Shown here piece by piece: positions 40,570 through 55,009 of a DNA stretch of 64,000 bases. The notes under the pieces are model-generated. The model did no database searches. It was given only the letters and a program-made list of their open reading frames with translations, and had not been told where the DNA came from. Source of the stretch: Eledone cirrhosa (lineage: Eukaryota); assembly GCA_964016885.1 (NCBI GenBank), contig OZ024741.1, forward strand, positions 240,312,001 through 240,376,000, read 5' to 3'. Made by a program: the position numbers and the translations under genes. The stretch's first letter is position 1. Each line of letters opens with the position of its first letter.

Positions 40570-41293
40570 CTCTTTCTCTCTCTTCTAATCTTTACAATTG
40601 TGACCAATTTTGGCAAATAGTCTTCTGCAATCTGTTTTCAATATTTCAATAATTTATTTTTTAAATGGGGGCAAACTTAATAACATGCATCCTTTGGCTT
40701 ATTGTATAATGTATTTATGAACATTTTCATTTTACCAAATAAAAGGTTTTGTCTTCATGACACTTTCAAATAAAGTAGACCAACTATATGTATATTAGTT
40801 CAAAACTGATGTTTGTTTTACTATTTATTCAATATATATATATAATATAATATAAAAAATAAGTGGAAATGTACAGAAGTTATGTCAAGTTATTAAACAT
40901 ATGTTTATATGTTTAATAACTCACAAAATTGATTTATTAAAGTAAATTATTATTTGAAAAGATTGTCATAATTAATCAAAACTGGTAAAAAAAGGTTTGA
41001 TAAAAATTTATTTCGTGAGTTTTATATTGAATAATGATAATATTCGATTCTTTTGCAAGCAAACAGCATTAATACACTTTTTTTTTTTTAGATGATCATC
41101 ACCATCCTTTTGTTGTAGCCATGTTAGAGAGAAAAAACAAATTGTAATTTTGTTTTTAAATTTGATATATGAAATATACAAATATTTATCTTGTTGGAAT
41201 AGAGAAAAAAATATTCTTTAAATACACATCTCTGCATATCCCCTTGTATTTTTTTGTCTATAATCCTCGATTTGCATGGAACATTACCCCTTT

Positions 41294-41635
41294 TTAATCT
41301 ATTGCTCAGTTTAACATCACCATCTGGGCCTTTGGATGTCCTGAGTAAAGTCAAATCTGTTGAAAGCATTTAGACTATGTTTCTGATTTGAGGAGGTCTT
41401 CTTCTCTCCTTACCTCCAACTAATTTTGGGGTCCTTGAAACAGCAATATCATCATCATCATTGAGAGAGAAGGTCAAAACCATAACACTTTTCAGGACCT
41501 CCAAAACTAGTTGAAGGTATGGAGAGAAGAAGACCTCCTTAAATCAGAAACCTAGTCTAAATGCTTGCAACAGATTTGCCTTTACTAAGGACATCCAAAG
41601 GCCAGATGGTGATGTTAAATTGGGCAATAGATTAA
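41294..41635. repeat. diverged inverted repeat (arms about 147 bp, spacer about 48 bp)
   Basis: ttaatctattgc...ggtccttgaaa versus ttttcaggacc...gcaatagattaa. Confidence 0.88.
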
Positions 41636-41779
41636 GTCTACCACCCAAGTAGGCTACATAAAGATTTGAACTTTGAATAAAAAGAGCCAGAACAAAAACT
41701 GTACGTCATGTCATCTTAGTCAACATACAAATATGATAATCAACTGCAAATACAAGCAGCCAAAATGAGGTTCCTCTGA

Positions 41780-42136
41780 AGAGTCTTTGGGGTAACATTA
41801 CTCAATAGTGGGTAGCTTGAGATTAGGGAGTTACTCTCGGCAGAGCCATTACTTTTACGAATTGAGAGATCACAGCTCCAATATTATGGACATGTGGTCA
41901 GAATGTCTCAGGAAAGAATTGCTGGACAGATTTTATGGGCAAAATCAACTGGCAGGAGACACAGGGGTAGACTCCAAGCAAGATAGTTGGATAACATCCA
42001 TGAGCTCAGCTGGTCTCACTTGGGGATCAAGCCAGATCAATTGGAGAAGGTTGCAGCTGACAGGACCTGCTGGAAGGCGTTTTTGATAACTCTTCCCTCA
42101 CAACCCTCCCTGGAATAAGTGGGCAAAGAAGAAGAA
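41780..42136 (+). mobile_element. degenerate RTE-type LINE 3' fragment
   Basis: Remnants resembling ILWAKSTGRRHRGR...WLDNI; (GAA)n tail. Confidence 0.5.
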
Positions 42137-42670
42137 AAACTGGTGGTATTTTATTTTATTGACCTCCAAAAGAATGAACGGCAATGTTGACCACAGTAAG
42201 ATTTGAGCCAGAACAAATACTGCAAAGTATTTTGTCCAACACTCTTAATGACTTGCTCAAGCTCTAATATTTTACTTGTCTCACTAAACATTTCTCACAT
42301 TGCAGGTCAATGTTGGCAGTTGCAATGACAAACTTATAAAAAGCAAAGTAATAAACTTCTCCACCAGTTCATATAAAGATATTCAATTTTGAAGACACTT
42401 TCAGCCCTATCATTCTATCCCCTGTATACTAGTATGAAAAGACAAATGGCTGCTGTATTAACTATAAACGGATATAATCATATAATCATCTATGATTCTT
42501 TAATGCCATCCATCATATAATAGTAGTTATCCTGACTTCATGCTATGTTAAGGATAGTATTTGTATCCCAAATTTATCTTGTCTAGGTTGGCTGTCCTGG
42601 CAGTAATCCAATCTGTATGTGTGTGTGTGTAAGCATGGAAAAGCAGACATAAAACAATGATGATGATGAC

Positions 42671-42702
<32 letters not shown>

Positions 42703-42728
42703 TATATATGTATATATATATGTATATA

Positions 42729-42773
<45 letters not shown>

Positions 42774-42914
42774 GTTTATATGTATGTATATGTATGTATA
42801 TGTATGTATATGTATATGTATGTATATGTATATGTATGTATATGTATATATATGTATATATATGTATATTTGTATATATATGTATATATATATGTATATA
42901 TATGTATATATATT

Positions 42915-42966
<52 letters not shown>

Positions 42967-43090
42967 TATATATACATATACACACACACACATATATATA
43001 CACATGTATATATATATACACACACACACATATATATATATATACACATATATATATACACACATATATACACATATATATATACATATA

Positions 43091-43132
<42 letters not shown>

Positions 43133-43191
43133 TATACATATCTTATTCAAAATAGTAACAAATGAAAAATATTCTCATAATCAAAATATAT

Positions 43192-43256
43192 ACTTTATTA
43201 TATATATTTCAAAGGAACTGTGTTGTTTTTTCAGTACGTCCTCATCAGACAAAATA
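43192..43256 (-). ncRNA. type I hammerhead ribozyme (mirror arm)
   Basis: Minus strand tattttgt-CTGATGA-ggacgtactg...cagttccttt-GAAA-tatata-TA^-ataaagta. Confidence 0.75.
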
Positions 43257-43361
43257 TATGATTTAATATATGACATAACGCTACGGTCTTGATTATTCAA
43301 TTCCAGTATTGGCAGTATTGAATAATCAAGACCGTAGCGGTATGTCATATATCAAATCATA

Positions 43362-43428
43362 TATTTTGTCTGATGAGGACGTACTGAAAAAAACAACACA
43401 GTACCTTTGAAATATATATAATAAAGTA
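43362..43428 (+). ncRNA. type I hammerhead ribozyme
   Basis: tattttgt-CTGATGA-ggacgtactg(aaaaaaacaaca)cagtaccttt-GAAA-tatata-TA^-ataaagta; stem I fully paired with two G-U; cleavage after 43420. Confidence 0.8.
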
Positions 43429-43904
43429 ATAAAGTATATATTTTGATTATGTGAATATCCTTCATTTGTTAATATTTTGAATAATATTAAAAACTCCAGG
43501 AAAACTTTTATCAGTTGAGTTCTTCTAATCTATTATAAAATTGTATTCATTGAGTAATCAACGAACCATATTAATCTTTGGTTATATATATATATTCATA
43601 TATCTACATATACATACATATACATACATATATATATACATATATATATATGCATGTATATATATATACACACATATATATATACATATATATATACACA
43701 ATAAATTAACAGAGGCATAGGCCCTCGCTATTCCCTGTAAATAATGTGTCTATAGTCTGCCTTTCATAGGTTATAGATTCCATACACTGGTGGTTTTTTT
43801 CCCTGTATGATTGATAACGCACTGTATATCTCTCTCTGGTGTGTTACCTTTTCAACATATTATATATATACACATATATATATACATATATATACATATA
43901 TACA

Positions 43905-44191
43905 TATATCTAAGTCTAAAGTCTGTCTTAAGCCAGAAGGCTCATTTGGCCGGTGCTTATCCCAGTTTCATGGTGTGAAGCGACTGAGAGTACAAGACTC
44001 CCCCCAGGACAGGACGGCAGTTCATCGCAGGGTTAAACCTCCAGCTATTGCTGGTACTCATTTTCAGCTGAGTATACTGGAGCAACTTGAAATGAAGTGT
44101 TTTGCTGAAGAACACCACACGCAACCCAGGAATTGAGCCCACGACATTATGATTGTAAGTCCAACACCCTTACCACTAGCCCACGTGCCTC

Positions 44192-44193
<2 letters not shown>
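43905..44193 (-). mobile_element. tRNA-derived CORE-like SINE with a distinct tail
   Basis: Head ggaggcacgtgggctagtggtaagg...ggctcaattcctggg; core tgttcttcagcaaaacacttcatttc; (gactta) tail. Confidence 0.75.
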
Positions 44194-45162
<969 letters not shown>

Positions 45163-45736
45163 CACTAATAATGAGTTCAAATCTCAGGCGATCATTTACA
45201 ATGAAATAGCTCGAAGAAAAAGTATTTCTGAGCCGTGTAATATAGGTTAAGATAAATCAATATATTTGATTTTTCACTGCTCCTTCGTTGAGCTGAATTT
45301 AGCCCCATACAAACGGCTGTTATTTCTAGCAGCACGAGTATGTGGCTAGCTAGACACTGGATAACCGCTTGAGGTTACCTCGTGCGCTAAACAGTCTTCC
45401 TAAATATTTTGAAGTGGAACATACCAATTTTTATAGTGCTTGCTGAGGAGATCAAAATGCGGTATTTTCTTCCACTTTTTCATTATTCAAAACATATTTG
45501 GATTTTAAGGTTTAAACCTGTCTACGGAACAGGTTTGATTTTGAAATTTAAATTTGTCCAAGCACTACGGCCATTGCCAATACAATTTGTTTTTGTTGAT
45601 TTATTATCTTAAGTCAAGATAGGCAAACTGTAATATTATTATTAGTATATTTCTATCTAGCTAACTTGGTCATTTACAATACAAACATAAATATGAGGAT
45701 ATTTGTGTTTATCAAATATATTGATTTATGTTAACC

Positions 45737-45776
<40 letters not shown>

Positions 45777-45924
45777 TATAAACATATACATACATATATA
45801 TATGTATATGTATATCAAAAACCTCACAAAACTAATTCATCGCCATTATACATGTATATACATATATATACATATATATATACATATATATATACATATA
45901 TATATAAATATATATATATACATA

Positions 45925-46330
45925 TGATGGCTGCCCCCTCGTTATTGAGTATGGCCATTGCACGATATACCATTATCAATAATTATTAATTAATTCGATC
46001 GTGCAATGCCTGTGCATGAAGATATTTTTTAAAGTGAGGAAAGACTGTGCACTGAGCCAATCCCACTCTCTGAGCGACAGTAGCTATAACCCGAAAAGAA
46101 GAAAAGATCAACATCATCGGTAACTACTGAGCCGCATGTTTTATATCGGAGTTATCCCAGTTTCCTGAGTGCCTTCTCCTAGAAGAATGCCCTGACAAAG
46201 GCTACGGGTCCTTCACTCCCAGTGGTTTAACCACACGGTACATGTGTATATACATATTTACACACTTTTGGATGGCTGTTGACCCTTATGAGTTCTTGAG
46301 CCCTTTGTATGTATATAGTTTGGAATTATT
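45925..46330 (-). mobile_element. bipartite RTE-derived non-autonomous element (partial)
   Basis: Homologous to 55311-55917 (ggctgcc...gagta.ggcca; gcaatgcctgtgc; ccttctcctagaa...gacaaaggcta). Confidence 0.65.
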
Positions 46331-46384
46331 TATTGCCACAGAGAGCAGGTTAATAGATGTAGAGAAGGAGGGAGGTAGACAGAG

Positions 46385-46517
<133 letters not shown>

Positions 46518-46689
46518 AGTTAAGAGAAGGGGAAGGAAAGGCGATATACACCCAGTTGATAGTTGTAGTTTGCTGATCGTACTTAAGTATCCCATTTATT
46601 ACGATAAGCAAGGTACTGGTTAGTAGTGTGTGTGTGTGTGTGGGGGGGGGGATATAGTTAGGAAGTAAGTATTGAGTGAAATTAGTTAG

Positions 46690-47960
46690 CGAGAAAGTGG
46701 TGTAGTAGTCTCGGGTTCAAATTATGTTAAGTTACTTTTATAGGGAGAAAATTTAGCCTTCAGTCTGTGGTTGTGTTATAACGATCGTTCGATTCTGTCA
46801 TTTAGTAAATTGTTTTTATATTTCAAAATATAAAAAAGTTAAAGGTTGCATAATCTGCAGTATTTTAATCCACTCCGATATGCACTAGCGCTGGATAATT
46901 TATCCCATTTTAGGGTGAACTGCCGGTTGTATTCACAAAGTTGCCAGGTCTTATTAGCGAGTGTAGTTACATAACGGTGTTCAGGATGTTTAATCGAAAA
47001 TCGATGACGATACCAGCGTCATTTAATGGAGGTAGTGGTAGACTCGAGTAATACCATTTCTGGTCGTTTGATTCGACAGTGCATTGATAAACAATGTTGG
47101 GCTCCAGGCTCTTATTCTTCAATGGGCATCTCTCGGGTAGGTGGCAATTACAGTTTTTGTTATGGGTAACAACTGTATCATGGATAAGTTGGGATAACAG
47201 TACAAGTGGGTTGTGTAATACTTGTCTCCCATTTGGTGGCTGGGAAGTTGATATTACGTTATGCTCATCTGTGTCTAAAATATTTTGTTTTGTAGTGTTG
47301 TTTAATAATCGCTTTAAGTTAATTTTTTTTATGTGTGCTTCTAGATTTGGTGCAGTGGAGTATGATAGCTTTACAGTCTTAGAGTTTAGAATTTTACTGT
47401 ATTTATGGGAATTAGGGAAATGCTTGTTAATTAACTTAAAGAATAAAAGAAATAGTTTCGTACTAATCGAAGCATTAACAATGGGATTATACCAGACATA
47501 CTTCCGACAACGTAATTTATTTGAGTTTGGTGATCATTTTCTATTATTAGTATGTCTGGTGGTACTGCGTGGGTGTGTTTGTATGCCTGTGCCCCGGTTA
47601 CATATTCTTCGATTCCGTGTGTTGCTATGTGTGCTCTGGTGATTCTTATCAATGTATTCTATTTTATCCCGGTGGTCAGCATTCCCCAGTGCGTTATTAT
47701 AGTATTCTGCATGTTCGCTGAAAATCTGAGAGTTAGACGATAGGTGAGAGATTCTAAGAGAAATACTACGAGGAACCGATTTAATCATGGAAAGTGGGGG
47801 ATTCAAGTTGTAATTAATATAGGTAAGGTTCTCGTTTATCTTGTGGAAGGGTCGTATCAATCCTGTGTTCAAATTAAGAGTTATGTCTAGAAAATTTGCT
47901 TCTTTAAGATTGTATTCGTACATTATTTTCAGACCCAGTTCGCTAAAATGCCTACAATGC
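46690..47960 (-). mobile_element. Penelope-like retroelement remnant (RT thumb, Cys linker, GIY-YIG), Naiad-like, frameshifted
   Basis: EANFLDITLNL..RPFHK.NE..YIN...RISHLSS; KYVWYNP...LINKHFP..KTVKLSYS; NCNCHLPERCPL...IVYQCTV; TTLANKTWQL...LKW...CRLC. Confidence 0.88.
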
Positions 47961-48484
47961 CTAAGTTGTCACTTTGAGAGTAAGCAGTATAATAAAACCA
48001 CTTGTTGGACCCCTATCACAACATTTAGATTAAGCTATCTGTATTCTTCAAACCACTCTCTCCATTTCTCATACCCCTACATATATCTCTCTTTCTCTCC
48101 CTCCCTCACTCCCTCTCCCTTCCTTTCTCTCTTTCTTTTCTACTCTATCTTCCGCAATTACTCCTTTTAAGAAATACAAAGAAACCATAATTCAGCCATT
48201 CGTTCTGAAGAATTGGTGGTACGAACAGCATTTGAAAATTGAGTATCTGCAAATTAATAACTACCAATTTGCATATAGCATGACTAGGCTGTGTAACTAC
48301 TACAGAAACATTTGTAAACACTTGGAATAAATTACTTGGAATAAATAAGAATCGGAAACCAAGTTTCATTAACTGTTCTTTTGTAACTCGTTGAGTAACC
48401 CCTCACCGTACGTCGACTCTATATAGTGTAGTAATTAACCATTACTGCATTCAGGATATAATACACACACACACACACGCACAC

Positions 48485-48534
<50 letters not shown>

Positions 48535-48649
48535 TGTTATACATGGGGAGGCTCATATTTGTGTAATATTGCCAGAATTAATATATATATTTCGTTTCTG
48601 AATTTGTTTAGCAAGATTCTTTATCTGAAAACGTGTGTTGAAACCGATA

Positions 48650-48878
48650 TTGTTATGCTTTGGGAGGGTCATGTTGCCAATAAGAAACACACTCACCAAT
48701 TGCTTTCACTTCAATTTATTATAAATTAAATTTATAAATTTAGGAATTTATAAATTTCCGGTTGGTTGGTTGGTTCCACAACCAGACGATTGTTCATATA
48801 TTGTCAAAGTTCTTTCGTCACACATTCTGTGACGTCTTTAGTGAATGGGGATTCTTTTCTTTGTGTTTGTGCCTCTCC
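48650..48878 (-). mobile_element. solo Penelope-like terminal repeat (family D), hammerhead core mutated
   Basis: Homologous to 52103-52320 and 61796-62045; CTAAAGA replaces CTGAAGA. Confidence 0.8.
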
Positions 48879-48987
<109 letters not shown>

Positions 48988-49002
48988 AACAATACAATAT
49001 AA

Positions 49003-49076
49003 TTACCTCATTACCAGAGGTTTCCCGAATAAGACGAATACAAGAAAGGTCCTCATTCGTTCGTCAGACAAGGCAA
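49003..49076 (-). ncRNA. type I hammerhead ribozyme in the 3' pLTR
   Basis: Reverse complement of 51910-51983. Confidence 0.82.
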
Positions 49077-49862
49077 TTTAAAACATAGTGAAATATTTGA
49101 AAAATCTCCTCAAGAAAGGCAAAAGTTTAACGGGCAAAAACAATATATAAATAAAAGTAATGCAAGAGATATATAAAAATAAAATAAGGAAATATAGTAA
49201 GGGTATGTGTATAAATGTGTGTATATGCACCTACAAATGTACATATGTGTGTATGTACAAATGCTTGTGTATAGTGAAAAAATGTGTGCGTAAGTACATA
49301 CATGAGGGCAAGCATATCAGTGTATGTGTGACCACAAATACGTATATAATATATGTTGAAAAAAGAAATTGTAAGATAATAGAGTTAACGTACATACAGA
49401 CTCAGGGACTAAGGATTAAAGTATATACACATAGAAGTATGAAAGCACGCGTATAAACACACACACGCGCAACCACATACAGGAAAGTGATATATACAGG
49501 AAAGGGAGTATATCAGTCAAAGCAGTGTCAGGCTGAAGGTCGATATATATATAAATAATATAAAATATGAAAATGAAAAAATGAAAAAATATATGAGAAT
49601 AAAAAAATTAAATCAAAGAGAAAGTAAGAGGGAGGGGTTATCAATTATAAAGTAACACTAGAAAAAATAGAAAACACACATAGGTTCGTACACACACAAA
49701 CATATATATAAAAAAGTATATATAAATACGTACAGACAAAAGCACATACATGCGTACATACATACAAATGCGCGCATACACACACACGAAGCACATATAT
49801 ATACATACATGTACATCTAATCACACGCACGCACGCGACCATATATATATATACATATATAT

Positions 49863-49894
<32 letters not shown>

Positions 49895-51909
49895 TTATAT
49901 ATACATATACACACGCACACAGATATAAGTATGTAAAAAACACAGATATAAAAACACACATACACACACACATACGAATGCATTCGTATACATATAAAAA
50001 CATGTATACACACACATGCACACTTACACGCATACATACAATATAAAAACCAGCCGTATGAATAAATGAGTACAAATTATACGCAAGTAAACACACATAA
50101 AAGCGGCTGAGGGACAACAGAATATATCTGGAGTTGAAGACGCAAGTGACAAGTGATATCAGGTAGTGAAAGAAAAGGGGGAAGTAAAATATGTAAAATT
50201 GTGAAGATATAAAGTAAGTGAATCAAAAAGCAGGGGAAGGGGGAGGGGGGTCACTGGTGGATGTGAAGTAAAAATAAAGTTAAAAATAAAAGTAAATCAG
50301 AAAGAGAAATCTGTAAAGAGGGTAATTTAAGGAAGGTGAAGAACAAGAGTTTATGGAGGATAAGTATCTGAAAGTGAGTTAAGTTTATATGAGCTGGAAA
50401 GCAAGTGTGATTTCATGTGTGGGCAACTGGTGAAAATTTCTGTTTTGCATTTAGGCAGGTTTTTGGTGATTTAAGGTTCTGTAAAATCCAATATTTTTCA
50501 CTTATGCAGAGTGCGCATCTTCTTGTTCCTCTTGCATATTCTTTAGAATGGTTCAAAATTGACCAATCTAATTTATATTGGATACCTTGGTCTTTCAAAT
50601 CCCATATTCTGCTAGCCAGAGCTGTTGTAAATCTTTTTTAACTGCTAAAGAGTACCAGTTGAACCAGATTATTTTTCTTTTCCTATTATTATGTTTAAAG
50701 GAGTTAGTATTGTTGGGTATGTACTTAATCGGTTCGCTAAATCGGCTATTTTGAAGGGCTTTATTATTGCATTACTTTTATTTACGCGACATGTGAGTAA
50801 TAACGCGTTTTGAATTTGTCTTGTGTCATACCCACATATCGTTTGCTGGTGGCTGGTAGGTTGTTGCTGATGGTTGTCACTTTAGCCACATATACAATGG
50901 CTTTGGTGTTGCATTTACCTTGTAATGGGCATTCGCTTTTGACTCTACAGGAGCAATTTTGATGTTCTATGGGTATTTTCTTATTGCGGATATAAGATTT
51001 AATAGGGAGACCGCAGGAGTAGCTGATTTTGACACAGTTTCTATTGAAGATCTTATAGTATCTATGTGTTCTAGGGAAATGTTTATCTAAGAGCTCTAGG
51101 AATTTTTTGTCTACATTAGTTTTAACTGCTAAAGAGTAGGGGGGGGGGGGTGAACCAGATTATTTTTCTTTTCCTATTATTATGTTTAAAGGAGTTAGTA
51201 TTGTTGGGTATGTACTTAATCGGTTCGCTAAATCCGCTATTTTGAAGGGCTTTATTATAGTAGGGGGATGCCTTATTGAAAATAGCTTCTGAGGAAGAGA
51301 GGGTGCAGATCCTACGGCTAATATTAGGGATAAGATTTTTAAAAACTATAGGAGGATGGCAAGAGCCTTTATTTATATATTTTAAATTTTCATTAGGTTT
51401 ATGGGTCGGTTTATAAGAAGCAGTAGGCAGATTTAGGTTTATATCTAAAAAATTAACATTTGAAAGGTTAGTGTCAATGGTAATTTTAAGATTAAAACTA
51501 GCGAAGGTTTTTATAAAGTCTTTCCTGAATCTATCTAAGTTATGGCCTATAGTGGTATGGGAAAGTATTAGACTGAGTCCCTGAGTCTGTATGTACGTTA
51601 ACTCTATTATCTTACAATTTCTTTTTTCAACATATATTATATACGTATTTGTGGTCACACATACACTGATATGCTTGCCCTCATGTATGTACTTACGCAC
51701 ACATTTTTTCACTATACACAAGCATTTGTACATACACACATATGTACATTTGTAGGTGCATATACACACATTTATACACATACCCTTACTATATTTCCTT
51801 ATTTTATTTTTATATATCTCTTGCATTACTTTTATTTATATATTGTTTTTGCCCGTTAAACTTTTGCCTTTCTTGAGGAGATTTTTCAAATATTTCACTA
51901 TATTTTAAA

Positions 51910-51983
51910 TTGCCTTGTCTGACGAACGAATGAGGATCTTTCTTGTATTCGTCTTATTCGGGAAACCTCTGGTAATGAGGTAA
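51910..51983 (+). ncRNA. type I hammerhead ribozyme in the inverted pLTR
   Basis: ttgccttgt-CTGACGA-a cgaatgagg...tcttattcg g-GAAA-cctctgg-TA^-atgaggtaa; 9-bp stem I, 9-bp stem II, GUA cleavage after 51974. Confidence 0.82.
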
Positions 51984-52102
51984 TTATATTGTATTGTTTA
52001 TTATACATTAAATTTAGCTCTGTAACTTACATAGAGCACTCTTCACTCCTATGACTTTTTCAATTTTCAACGGAAACTTCAATACTTATATATATATATA
52101 TA

Positions 52103-52899
52103 TGTTGTTTACTTTGGGGGGTCATGTTGCTAATAAGAAACACACGCACCAGGTGCTTTCACTCCAAATTATTATAAATTTAAAAATTTATAAATATCCG
52201 GTTGGTTGGTTGGTTCCATAACCGGACGGTTGTTCATATATTGTCAAAGTTCTTTCATCACACATTCTGTGACCTCTTCAGTAACTGGGGATTCTTTTCT
52301 TTATTTTGTGCCTCCCTTTGTTTTGTACTACGTCATCTTGTTTTTCTGTGTGTTGTGTGCTTAGTTTGCGCATGTGTTACATCCGAATGGCTGTGTGTGT
52401 TTTTATTTGTTTATTTATTTGTTTATTTACATGTTACTGGTTGGTTGTTTGTTCTATGTGTGTGTGTGTTTTTATTTTGTCCTTAATTGTAAGTTGTGAT
52501 GTTGCTATTCCATTCATGTTTTCTATTTAATTTTGGTTGGAGTTCATTTATGTTTATTGCCTCTGTGATTTGTCTAAACATTGCGTCTTTTCTGTGTGTA
52601 GATTCTATTTTTATTTCTATGTTCTCTAATTTGCCCTTATGTTCTATTTTAGCCTGTTGGTGGAGTATTGATGATTCTTTTTTATCTTGAAGTCTCTCGC
52701 CAGTGTTCATTTAACCGTTCTTCTATACTACGAGCTTTCTCACCTATGTACACTATATTTTTATCTTTACATTGCCCTTCAGTACATCTTATGCTATATA
52801 CTACATTTCTAGTTTTACAGATAATATGGGGGCTTAGTTTACAGATTATGCATTTCTTATCTATATAAGGAGGTCTTTGAAAAGGGTATGTATTGCTAA

Positions 52900-52900
<1 letters not shown>
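52103..52900 (-). mobile_element. Penelope-like element 3' end: GIY-YIG endonuclease plus pLTR (family D)
   Basis: CIICK..HIICKTRNVVYSIRC...C....YIGEKARSIEERLNEH...RQITEAINI...PKLN.K.EW; pLTR with CTGAAGA-ggtcacagaatgtgtgat-GAAA at about 52240-52285; (TA)n on both sides. Confidence 0.88.
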
Positions 52901-52935
<35 letters not shown>

Positions 52936-53223
52936 CACACATATGTTGGATTCTTATAGAATTCCACTAATAATCACAATTTTCGGCAAACAGAAGGAGT
53001 AGTGAGCTTTGATAAGTACCAACAAGTACGAAACAGAACTGTCATCTTATTTTCTGAAAATTGAAGTAAGTGACACCGTCACTACTTTAAAACAATAGCG
53101 TAAGGTCTTCAAAATGCTTTTAATTAAGCATACAGTGTATTTCAAAATACACTATATATACATTCATATGTATATCGCTATTTCAGAGCACCAATTCTAA
53201 TATATATATATATATATATACAA

Positions 53224-53338
<115 letters not shown>

Positions 53339-53392
53339 TATGTATATACATATAGATATATATATGTATATATATATATATACATGTATATA

Positions 53393-54830
53393 CCGCTTTT
53401 GTTGACTTGGAGAATGCATTTGACAGAGTCCCCTGCACCATTATCTGGTGTAACCTTAGAAAACTAGGGGTTGATGAATGGCTTGTGAAAGCTACATAAG
53501 CCATGTATAAAGAAACAGTCAGCAAGGTTGCTGAATCGATGGCTGAACTAGAGAAGAAATTCCAAACATGGAAGCATGGCCTAGAATCAAAAGGCTTTAA
53601 AGTTAACTTGTCTCAGACTAAAGTTCAAGTATGTAGAAAGGAAAATAGGGCACAGGTCCCTTCTGGGAAATGGCCATGCTCAGTCTGTAGGAAAGGCGTA
53701 GGTAGAAATTCCATTTTATGTCCCAAATGCAAAGTATGGGTGCATAAAAGATGTATTGGCATCACAGGTAAGCTATCTAAGAACATAGATTTTATATGTG
53801 GCAGGTGCTCAGGTGCAATAAGTAGCAAGTGCCCACAGAATACTAGTTCCTTCTGTTGCCCAGATGGCTCTATAGAAATAGTGGACACCTTCCATTACCT
53901 GCGTTACAAAATCAGCAGAGGTGGAGGGTGCTCAGAAAGTACAGTAGCCAGAGTCAGAACGGGATGGAAAAAGTTCAGAGAGCTTATACCACTGTTGGCC
54001 ACTAAATGTTTCTCTCTAAAAATGAAAGGCAGACTATATGATGCCTGCATACGAACAGCTATGTTACATGGCAGTGAGACATGGGCATTGTGTGCAGAGG
54101 GTCTGCGCAGACTGAAGAGGAATGAAGCATGCATGTTCCATTGGATGTGTAATAGTAATATACGTGAACGGCAAAGCATAAGTGAACTAAGTGAGAAGTT
54201 AGGTATAAGAGGGATCAGATGCTGTTTAGTTGAGAGAAGACTACGTTGGTATGGTCATGTGATGAGCATGAAAGATGACAGCTGTATAAAAAAGTGTAGG
54301 CCGATCAAAATTGACGGAAGTTACGGAGTAGGTAGACCCAGAAAATCCTGGGACGATTTGATAAATTCCGACTTTACACACTTACACCTCTCTAAGACAA
54401 TGTCACTGGACTGAGATCTTTGGCGCTACACAGTAGCAAAACCTACAGTCAGTAGGTACCTCTTAATCAAATATACACTCCCCTCCCACTACCCCAACTA
54501 CCCCATCCCCACCCCCATCAACACCACCCCTTTCTCTCTAAAGTTATGTTGGTACCACAACATCCACTGCTAAATAAATGAAGTCGTGTAGGTATCATGA
54601 CAACAAAAAGACACACAGTCCACGCTGTAATGTGGCCGTGTAGGTAACATGGTAAAAACCTCCCAGCTCCACACTGTAAACGTGGTTGGTGTTAGGAAGG
54701 GCATCCAGCTGTAAAAAACCTGCCAGACTGTTCTATACGAGCAAGACAACCAATCTTGCCTCAAATGGGGCAATTCCTATCTAAACCCATGCTAGCGTGG
54801 AAGATAGACGTTAAACAATGATGATGATGA
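53393..54830 (+). mobile_element. RTE LINE (RT with PHD finger) with internal deletion
   Basis: ORF 53503-54414; the RT segment containing the QGS and YADD motifs is deleted at about 53528 relative to 38050-38225; (ATG)n tail; (TA)n flanks. Confidence 0.92.
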
Positions 54831-54891
54831 TACACACACATATATATATATATACACACACATATATATATATATACATATATATATATAC

Positions 54892-54954
<63 letters not shown>

Positions 54955-54977
54955 CATATATATATACATATATACAT

Positions 54978-55009
<32 letters not shown>

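Larger units (their letters stand above)
43143..43580. mobile_element. fold-back hammerhead element (family A-related)
   Basis: Palindrome 43143-43484 with a loop of about 15 nt, between (TA)n tracts; shares ttcatttgttaatat with family A. Confidence 0.8.

Noticed and set aside
42543-43292. YI/HT/CV/ER dipeptide ORFs here and throughout the window
   Set aside because: Translations of (TA)n, (CA)n and (GA)n microsatellites.
47000-47015. In-frame TGA in a Naiad-like ORF as selenocysteine
   Set aside because: The TGA falls at K*RW, not at a conserved Cys, and is probably ordinary decay. Cys codons read in the 50356-51575 element are TGC/TGT, and no SECIS was recognised.
48200-48260. CTGAAGA...GAAA hammerhead-like motif
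   Set aside because: Stem II is poorly paired and no stem I or III can be formed.
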